A DNA stretch of 64,000 nt from a virus, in IMG/VR virus record IMGVR_UViG_3300027741_000020, one strand, 5' to 3'. Positions 29,601 to 37,400 of the stretch are shown piece after piece. Both the position numbers and the translations under genes were made by a program. The notes beneath the pieces are model-generated. The model made no database searches, was not told where the DNA came from, and saw only the letters and a program-made list of their open reading frames with translations. How positions within the stretch are numbered: position 1 is the stretch's first letter; each line of letters starts with the position of its first letter.

Positions 29601-29834
29601 AGAGTTGCACTAATCAATATATGCAATCTACCTCGACCAAACTTTCTTGTTATTGATGAGGGATTTGGTACATTGGATTCTGATAATCTTTCTTCGTTAT
29701 TTATGATGATGCAATATCTTAAAACTCAATTTGATTTTATTTGGGTAATTTCACATTTAGAACAAATGCGTGATATCGTAGATGGTCTAATTGAAATTAA
29801 AAAAATAGATGGCTTTAGTAAGATTGATTTTTAA
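26688..29834 (+). CDS. Fused Mre11/SbcD-Rad50/SbcC (gp47-gp46) recombination nuclease-ATPase
   Basis: HIADIH, AGDIAH, AGNHD, GDIHK nuclease motifs; APNAAGKSS Walker A (27894), CTYC zinc hook (28857), CSGMEK signature (29562), LVIDEGFGTLD Walker B, ISH. Confidence 0.92.
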   Translation: MNKLKKIYHIADIHIRNVKRHKEYREVFEKMFTEIRKHGNEDSIIYLAGDIAHAKLEMSPELISEIVWLFTECAKTCPTILIAGNHDCNMNNSDRLDVLTPIVTALNLDNFTYLKDTQIHSIGDVDFAVFSIFDNKDNWPKADTLTGKTKIALFHGPVDNSTTDIGYVVSSRHFTTDIFDGYDLALLGDIHKRQEMVSPTGCKVVYAGSLIQQNFGETLGKHGFLVWDLDTMNYEEIDIQNDYGYYTLDIDSGYVPVVTDMPIHPRLRVRISNTDTADTKRVMTDIKMKYGVDDFTVIRTDSLSKLKSGNRSNKLDFEDISDVNYQNSLISDYISRMMPFVVDDDIHSIQKINTDINSRITHEEIQRNVHWKPIRFEFSNMFSYGENNTIDFKKVNGLMGLFAPNAAGKSSLFDAISFCLYDKCSRAFRAQNILNNRKTTFHCQLDFQINGIDYHICREARTINKGKNVKVDVQFWKTEGGIVVSLNGTERRDTNTAIEQYVGTYEDFILTALSLQGNNALFIDKSQSERKDLLAQFMGLNVFDKLYEVATEDIKEVSVLIKNFKRTDFTTELADKGNELKSKKSELKDLQTKLDGLSNDKNTILENILTLTKELAPIDSTLDLSKLEKSKTDIEGNILNIQIEKVNKKNKIGEFGNLLAEISQSIEEKKTIHNRPIEDAKRQWDEYKSEINTTEHKIELLEQLLNSNQEKLSHLEAHEYDPNCTYCMNNVFVKDAIATKQKVKEQTEELLELGNKQQTLIQQASYISDVEEQWDELVESKSKYQKGIVIKEKAEAELKGLDTKEELFKTQLEAVKGDIKRYNDNEDTIKRNKEIQSDIKEFENIKSGIDNSIRELNKKVTTLNGTIASLQSFVEGIKNKMIEVKELEEKGRLYNYYLDAVKRDGIPYELISKALPVIQTEVNNILAQVVDFGCVMEVDGKSINAKIVYDDQEWPLEMCSGMEKFVSGLAIRVALINICNLPRPNFLVIDEGFGTLDSDNLSSLFMMMQYLKTQFDFIWVISHLEQMRDIVDGLIEIKKIDGFSKIDF

Positions 29835-29875
29835 GTTTGAGTTTTATCAATATTTATATCAAACGTTTATACTAA

Positions 29876-32800
29876 ATGGCGATTATAAAAAAAACTCTGT
29901 TTCCAATAAATTTAGATAGGTGGTCGTATTATATTAACGATGATTTAGAAAGTAGTCGATATTTTAAAATAACAGAATTATCAGATACATTTAATGGTGG
30001 TAAAAATGGATTTAGAATACAAGGTTCTGAATACCTTGCCGCAGATAGTACAATATCCATAGAAATAAAAGATTCTCAAGGAAATGTAATCTATCACGAA
30101 CCTGTTAGAGGAAATCCGCAATATTATGAAGGTACTAATATAGTTGTATCGGTAATTGTATATCCTGATACGGCTTTCGGCCCATGTACAATAACTATAA
30201 TGGGCGAATTGGCAACATTTGAAACGAATGGTGGCAAATATCCTATTCCAGATGAATGGTTAGGCAGGCATAATGTACGTTGGCAAAAACGAATTAACGT
30301 ACAACCATATCATAACAACACAACACGGATTAGATTTTATAAAAGACCATCGGTTACCATTCAGGAGCAAACGATACCATTATATTCTAAAACAACGCAA
30401 ACTACAACCTATACGACTTTTTGCTCAGGAAGTAGTGTGTTAGGTAATCCTTATTATTACGATTATAATAAATACTTAACCAATAAGATTAATAGTGAAA
30501 ATATAACAATTACAACTGGTTCTATATTTGGTCCAGGATCTACATTAAAAGAAGGTTCTTATTATAAAATTATTCAAAATGGTGGAGCAGGTTGTCGTTT
30601 TTATGATGTTGGCGTAAGAGAAATTATAGGAGCAGCTACAGGTACTAATTTTTATTTTAAAGCTATACAAACATATGCATATACTGGTTCGAATAATATA
30701 ATTCAACCAAATGTTCCAGCATTGGATGATTATGGTACATATACTCCAGGTACAATAAAGTGGCCCGATACAACTGGTACGGTATACTTGCAAGAAGTTT
30801 TCTTAAATGCAAGATCGGATTATTATATAGAATTTATCAATCCGTATGGTCGTATAAATAATGCTGTTTCTTATGATAATGGATTAACTACAAATTATCC
30901 ATATCTTAATGTTCCAGATGATTTATCTAAAACATACATTTTAGATAATATTATAAATGAAAATTATCAAATAAATATAACTAATATAATAGGAACTGGC
31001 AATTATAATGGTGGTAGTCCAGGCACTCGCATAAATGCAGGTGGCACCGACGGTGAAGGGATACAATATCCAGATTCATCGCCTGTATTGGCGCGATGGA
31101 ATACGACAGCTTGGAAATATACACAAATTGGATCAAAATATAGATTGTATCTAAATGATTCGGTTTCGCCAATATATGCCGATGGTCCGGGATATGGTAT
31201 CATTGATCCTGGTACTTTTACTGCAGCAACTGTCGCTCTGCATGATGGTTTGGGATTTATTAATTCCTTTGAGTCGGCTGATATATCAATTACAAAAACT
31301 AAAGATGTATACTTACAATCTGGGTTGAGCCAATCATACGCTTATATAACAATAAAAGATTTAGAAACATTTACAGGAGAAGTATATAAAGTAAAAGCTT
31401 ATGCAAAAAGTAGAAATGATTTACAAGGATATAAATTATTGGATGATATACGATTGGAAACAAATCAATTGTTATTAGCAGATAGCTACTTAAATAATTT
31501 AAACGTAAGAACTGGTATTTTTACTACGACTGATGTTATATCTACGTTTTGGAATACTACTACATTAGACGGTACTACAAATTTGGTATATACGATAAAT
31601 GCAAGTTCATCATTTTATTCACATTCCATATATTTAGAACCCAGTACAATACCATCGTATAAAACCGATGGTCTTGCCAAATTTGAAACTAAAAATTCAT
31701 TTTCTTTTATAAAAAATACAGAATATAATTTATCATATAATTTAGTTTGTAAATCTACACCATATGGTATTGCAAGTTTGGATATTTACTTATCAGGATC
31801 TGCGTTTAATAATGATAATTTAACTACACAAAGAGGAAAATCAATTGGTTCTCATAATTTTTCAAATAAAATAATATTAGATAGGCAATCAATTAATTTT
31901 GTAGCCGATAATGATGGGTCTGGTAGTCTAAACTTTACTATAAATAATGGTAATTGGGAGTTATCTGATATAAGCTTAACTCCGTATCAACAAATTGCAT
32001 TTTCTCCAAATGAATTTACATTTAGAATAGTTCCAAATCAAAAAATTGCAAATGAAACATTTGATTTTAAATTTGAATTTTATGATATAAATTATGCACT
32101 TGCGCCAATTACTGTTGAAACGGCTTATACATTTGTTGGTGGTAATAATTTATCAAAACGTTTTTTATTACAATACGCATCACTTGTTAATCCAAAAAAT
32201 AAATTTATAGTTTCAAATAAAACGGGAGGAATATCTGGCTTGGATATAGCCCCAAATCAACCTACATTGGATATAAGTTGGGTTTTGAGCCAAACGAATG
32301 GAGATGTACTATTCGTATCAAGTGCATATGATGAATATGATAATTACATATTACCAAGCGATGTATCTAGCCCATATCCTTATCCAGGTGGGTTAGATTA
32401 TATTGCTACCACTCAAAGAAGTTTAACTTTTCAAAACTTTACAAGTTCATTAACAAATTCATCTCGAAGAGTTAAAAATATTTATTATACAGCAAGTGTA
32501 GATGGTCTTACTCAATATTTTTCAATGTCGGCTGATTATACTGCTGCACCATTATATGTATTGCCTGTGGTTACAACGAATGCAGTATATTCTATTAATC
32601 AAACATCCGTATCTGGTAGTGGTAGTGTAACAGTTGAACCCGTAACAGGCCACATATCTCCAGTGGAAGTTGGATTAGTTTTAAATGATACAACTGCGCC
32701 TACTATCTTTGCAAATATAGCAAAAACATCCGAAAGTAGCTATACGTTGAACGTTCCGTTTAGTGGAAGTTTAACTGGATTAACTCCTGGAACAACTTAT

Positions 32801-33274
32801 TATGTTAAAGCATATGCATCTGGTTCAATTGGTGCGGCATATGGTAATGAACTAACATTTACTACATTGCCTGGCACATCAAGTTTCCAAGTATATATTT
32901 CCTCAAGTATGGCAGGATATTCTCCAACTATTCAAAATATTTTTATAAATAGTGGTAGTTTATTATTTAAAAATTCAGCAGGATTAAACGTTACATATCC
33001 ATTAACTGGCAGTGCGACATCATCATTAACATATAGTAGTAGTTATTATGATATAGCAATAACGGCATCTCAAAGTTTTCCATTAAGTAAAGGGCATCGC
33101 GCATATCTATCATTAGATCGTGTAAATAATAATGGAGGTATTGCTGAAAATATAGCTAATGTTAATATTGCGGCTGGGACATCATCGTTTGTATTTACAA
33201 ACGATGATGGCGAACCACTTAATATTCCTTGGCAATCTGAAACATATATTAGATTATCAATGTACCATACTTAA
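29876..33274 (+). CDS. Large tail/baseplate structural protein with fibronectin-III domain
   Basis: LTGLTPGTTYYVKAYASG...YGNELTFTT FN3 signature; beta-rich, 1132 aa. Confidence 0.6.
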   Translation: MAIIKKTLFPINLDRWSYYINDDLESSRYFKITELSDTFNGGKNGFRIQGSEYLAADSTISIEIKDSQGNVIYHEPVRGNPQYYEGTNIVVSVIVYPDTAFGPCTITIMGELATFETNGGKYPIPDEWLGRHNVRWQKRINVQPYHNNTTRIRFYKRPSVTIQEQTIPLYSKTTQTTTYTTFCSGSSVLGNPYYYDYNKYLTNKINSENITITTGSIFGPGSTLKEGSYYKIIQNGGAGCRFYDVGVREIIGAATGTNFYFKAIQTYAYTGSNNIIQPNVPALDDYGTYTPGTIKWPDTTGTVYLQEVFLNARSDYYIEFINPYGRINNAVSYDNGLTTNYPYLNVPDDLSKTYILDNIINENYQINITNIIGTGNYNGGSPGTRINAGGTDGEGIQYPDSSPVLARWNTTAWKYTQIGSKYRLYLNDSVSPIYADGPGYGIIDPGTFTAATVALHDGLGFINSFESADISITKTKDVYLQSGLSQSYAYITIKDLETFTGEVYKVKAYAKSRNDLQGYKLLDDIRLETNQLLLADSYLNNLNVRTGIFTTTDVISTFWNTTTLDGTTNLVYTINASSSFYSHSIYLEPSTIPSYKTDGLAKFETKNSFSFIKNTEYNLSYNLVCKSTPYGIASLDIYLSGSAFNNDNLTTQRGKSIGSHNFSNKIILDRQSINFVADNDGSGSLNFTINNGNWELSDISLTPYQQIAFSPNEFTFRIVPNQKIANETFDFKFEFYDINYALAPITVETAYTFVGGNNLSKRFLLQYASLVNPKNKFIVSNKTGGISGLDIAPNQPTLDISWVLSQTNGDVLFVSSAYDEYDNYILPSDVSSPYPYPGGLDYIATTQRSLTFQNFTSSLTNSSRRVKNIYYTASVDGLTQYFSMSADYTAAPLYVLPVVTTNAVYSINQTSVSGSGSVTVEPVTGHISPVEVGLVLNDTTAPTIFANIAKTSESSYTLNVPFSGSLTGLTPGTTYYVKAYASGSIGAAYGNELTFTTLPGTSSFQVYISSSMAGYSPTIQNIFINSGSLLFKNSAGLNVTYPLTGSATSSLTYSSSYYDIAITASQSFPLSKGHRAYLSLDRVNNNGGIAENIANVNIAAGTSSFVFTNDDGEPLNIPWQSETYIRLSMYHT

Positions 33275-33285
33275 ATAATTTTAAA

Positions 33286-34233
33286 ATGAAAAAATTACGT
33301 TACATTTGTGTACAACCACGCATTAAGTATTATAGTTGGCAAGTTGAAGTTATGATAAATAACTTTATAAAAAATGGAATAAGTGGTAATGATATGGATA
33401 TATTAATTGCCTACAATCCAAATGATTTAACGAGTTCGGAAGAAAATATAGAAAATTGGTATAAATTAGCAGATAGATACAACTATGTTCGTTTTTTCTT
33501 TTATGAAGATAGTAGAACGGATTTTAGTTATATTCCATCTGTTTATTTTAATATCTTAAAACAACATATAAAATCACACCCGTATCTGCAAGATGAAGTA
33601 TTATTTCTACATGATTGCGATATTGTGTTTACTAAATATGTAGATTTTTCGGATATGCTGAATGATGATATTTGGTATCTATCCGATACGGTTGGCTATA
33701 TAGGTACACAATACATTTTTACAAAAGGTCAAGATGTATATAATGGGATGTGTAATATAATCGGAATAGACCCATTGATACCAAAATTAATGAATAGTAA
33801 TTCCGGCGGAGCTCAACATATAGTAAAAAATACAACTTATGAGTATTGGGATAAAGTTGAAAATGATTCTATAAAATTATACAAATATTTTAATGATATA
33901 GAACCACAATGGGAAGGCGAAGGTGAGCCAATACAAAAATGGACAGCTGGTATGTGGTCGCTACTTTGGAATGCTTGGTTATTTGGAAACGAAACGCGAG
34001 TAGATAAAAGATTGGATTTTTGTTGGGCTACCGACCCGATTAAAGATTGGTATAATGTATCAATATTTCATAACGCAGGTGTAGTAGATAATCTCACAGC
34101 ACAATTCTATAAGGGAGCATTTCAAGAAGAATACCCATATGGAATAGACCCAACTAATTATAGCAAATCATACTGCTCATATAATTATGTAAATGAAATA
34201 ATACAAACTTCTAAAATATCTTGTCTTATATAA
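33286..34233 (+). CDS. Glycosyltransferase resembling peptide O-glycosyltransferases (GT95 HPAT / GT96 SERGT-like)
   Basis: YYSWQVEVM, VLFLHDCDIVF (DxD), VGYIG, NSGGAQHI, KWTAGMWSLLW, in the same order as motifs I recall from SERGT/HPAT. Confidence 0.55.
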   Translation: MKKLRYICVQPRIKYYSWQVEVMINNFIKNGISGNDMDILIAYNPNDLTSSEENIENWYKLADRYNYVRFFFYEDSRTDFSYIPSVYFNILKQHIKSHPYLQDEVLFLHDCDIVFTKYVDFSDMLNDDIWYLSDTVGYIGTQYIFTKGQDVYNGMCNIIGIDPLIPKLMNSNSGGAQHIVKNTTYEYWDKVENDSIKLYKYFNDIEPQWEGEGEPIQKWTAGMWSLLWNAWLFGNETRVDKRLDFCWATDPIKDWYNVSIFHNAGVVDNLTAQFYKGAFQEEYPYGIDPTNYSKSYCSYNYVNEIIQTSKISCLI

Positions 34234-34265
34234 TTTGGAAAGTTCAGAAATTTTCCGTATGTTTA
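34234..34265 (+). promoter_or_regulatory. Bacteroidota-type promoter variant
   Basis: TTTG 34234-34237, 20-nt spacer, TATGTTTA 34258-34265. Confidence 0.55.
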
Positions 34266-34406
34266 CATTTTTACTCTTGAAACTGATCAGCACTTATAGC
34301 ACTATAAAACTTAAATAATAAAAAAAGAATAATAAAAGTAATAACTGACAGCACTTCCAGACTTTTTGTCTTTAAAAGAATATTTATTTACTGAATATTT
34401 ATCTAT

Positions 34407-37400
34407 ATGAATATAATAAGCGAAATCACTAAACCACTTGTTACGAAGACTGTCGTTATATACGCAGGTCGTTTTCAACCATTTCACAAAGGGCATTACG
34501 ATGCTTATAAAAGACTTGTAAGTAAATTTGGACAAGATAGTGTATACATTGGCACTTCAAATGATACAAATGATTCTAAATCACCATTTAATTTTAATGA
34601 AAAAAAGAAAATTGCTACAACTATGTTTGGCATCCCTTCTAATCATTTTGTACAAATAAGAAATCCATATAAACCAGTTGAAATATTGCAGCATTTCGAT
34701 GGACAGACTACTCAATATATTGCTGCTGTTGGAGCAAAGGATGCGACACGTCTTCAAGGAAAATATTTCAAACCATATAACGGTAAGGCCGGTTATGGGT
34801 ATAATGAGATAGGATATGTTTGGCCAGTACCAGCAGAATCAAATCCAATATCAGGAACAGATGTTCGTAATGGTCTTGGTGGCGATGAAGAAAGTGCTAA
34901 GAAGTTTTTCCTTAAAGCTTATCCAAAATTTAATAAACAAATATTTACAATGATTACTGATAAAATAAAATCATTGCATGAGGCAGCACCAATGGTTGGC
35001 GCTGGTGAGGCTGGAAGTTTTGGACTAAATCCAACTAGATATGATGATGATGATGTTACGGAAGATGGTTTTCCAGGTGGAGTGGGTGTAGGGCTTACAT
35101 TACCCGGTGGATACATAAATGGTGCACCCAATCCAAAAGATGTAAAAAAATTAAGTAAAAAAATACATACTACGGATAGTAATAAAAAATATGTATATGA
35201 CCCAATTAGTGAAATAATAGCTAACGCAGTCACAGAGGAAGCATTTAACGAATTTATAAGTAACTACTTAAATGAAGCTGAACCAAATAAAGCATTAGAC
35301 CAGGATATTACATATAAAAATACAAAAGGTCAATCTAAAAAAATTAAAGCTAGAGATGCATTACGTTTACCAAAAGACCACCCTGCGCATATACAAGCTG
35401 CAAAAATAGCAGCTACTGCCGCACCAGCTGCTAAGACTGCCGGTAAACCGGATGTAAGTATACCTGGAAAGGTAGCAGGTTCTGTTGTTAAAAAGAGCGA
35501 TGGTAAGCCTGATATAACAATTCCTGGTAAAGATGGTAAGCCAAAACAACAAGGTCCGCCGCCTCCACCACCAATGCCGCCAAAAAAATTAAGTGGAGCT
35601 GAATTAAAATCCAATGCTGAAATGGCACCTGGAGAAAAGGAAGCTTCTAAAAAGAATGACGAAATAAAAGCATCACTCGATCATGAAATGTCAAAACTAT
35701 CAACTGATGATAAAAAATCGGTTGAAAGCGTAAATAACCCAGATTCTCCGGAAAGAAAGGATATGGCTGAAAAATCTAAAAGTTTTTTATCAAAAGTTGG
35801 TAATAAATTATGGAGTGGCGCCAAACATTGGGCTAATGAGAAAAAAGAAATGTGTCAAGGAGTTGGTGCTGCAATAAAAACATTAGCTACAGGCGGTAAA
35901 CTTGGTAGTGTAAAGGATGCAAATGGTAAATATGTACACCATACGGATTTTAAAAATAAAACTGTACAAATCGACCCAAAGACAGCAAAGGAAAAAACAG
36001 TATGGGTAGATAAATCGGATTTAACGCCTGAAGAAAAGAAATTAAAACATAAATCCGAGCATGAGGAACATCACCAAAAGCATTCATTAAAACATGCTGC
36101 AAAAGATATTGCATTACTTGCCGCATCATTGGTTGCAGGAGCAGCTATTGGTGGAGCCGTTGGTGGTGGTATTGCTGCAGCAAAAGCTGGGGCTGCACAC
36201 GGATTAGGACATGCGATTGGGCATGGCGCTGCGCATGGTGTAAGTGCAATTGCACACCACGGAGCAACAGGTATAGCCTCCCATGTTGGAAAGGATTTGA
36301 TAAAACACTCTGCGTTTGAAGCTATGGGACTTAAAGGACACCACGCCGCTGGAGCAACTGCCGCAGTTGGTGCAATTGGTCATTTAATGGAAGGCGATGA
36401 TAATAATGAGAATGATAATGATAAGAATGCAAAATTAGTGGATACATTACTAAAAAGGACTATGGAAGTAATGGCAACTTATAAAATGTCGGATGAGGAA
36501 TTATTAAAATCTATTAAGAATTATAATAAAAATTCAGAAAAGAATACAGCAAAAGATATACTAAAAACAATTAATGAATCTGTAACATTAGAAAAAGCAA
36601 AGAATATACAAGATTTTGTTGATTACGCTTGTGAAAGACTTAAACTTAAAGATAAACCAAAAGTAAAATTATTATTAGATGGTGAATATTCCAATGCCGT
36701 ATCTTCATTAGGTGGATATAGCCCGGTAACAAAAGATATATACGTTGTTGTGCCTGGTAGAATGACTGCCGATATATGTAGAACTATTGCACATGAATTG
36801 GTACATAGAAAGCAAGATGAAATGGGGATGCTACGAACTGAAAATGATGGCGATACTGGTTCACCAATAGAAAATCAAGCAAACGCTGTAGCAGGAATAC
36901 TATTAAGGGATTATGGTAAAAAGAATAAAGCAATTTATATGGAAAGCGTAAAATATATAAACGAAGTTAGCAACAATACTGGAGATGATGGTCAACCGGA
37001 TGGTGGATATCTGCCAGCTGGGCACAGACGTACGCTTGGAGCAAATGATGGTGTGAATAAAGGTGATGATTGGTTTACCGGCGGAGGTTACCTACAACTG
37101 GATTATCCAATAGCAGATGCAATATATGGTGCCGATGAAGAAAATATGTATACTGTAAAATATGTTGCTAGAAAATTAAGAAGGTCGATTGGTATAGATA
37201 CTAAATTTGAAAAGAGTGAAGAAAAGGCAATAGATGTAACTCAAGACAAAAAAAATGGAAAATTAACAGATGAAACTAATAGTAAACGTAATCTTACCGA
37301 AGTAAGTAAACGTGATATACATTTCAAAAATATATTCCAACATTATAGAGATGGCGATGCTAAAATGAAACAAAAAATAGCAGCAATAATTACCGGAAAT

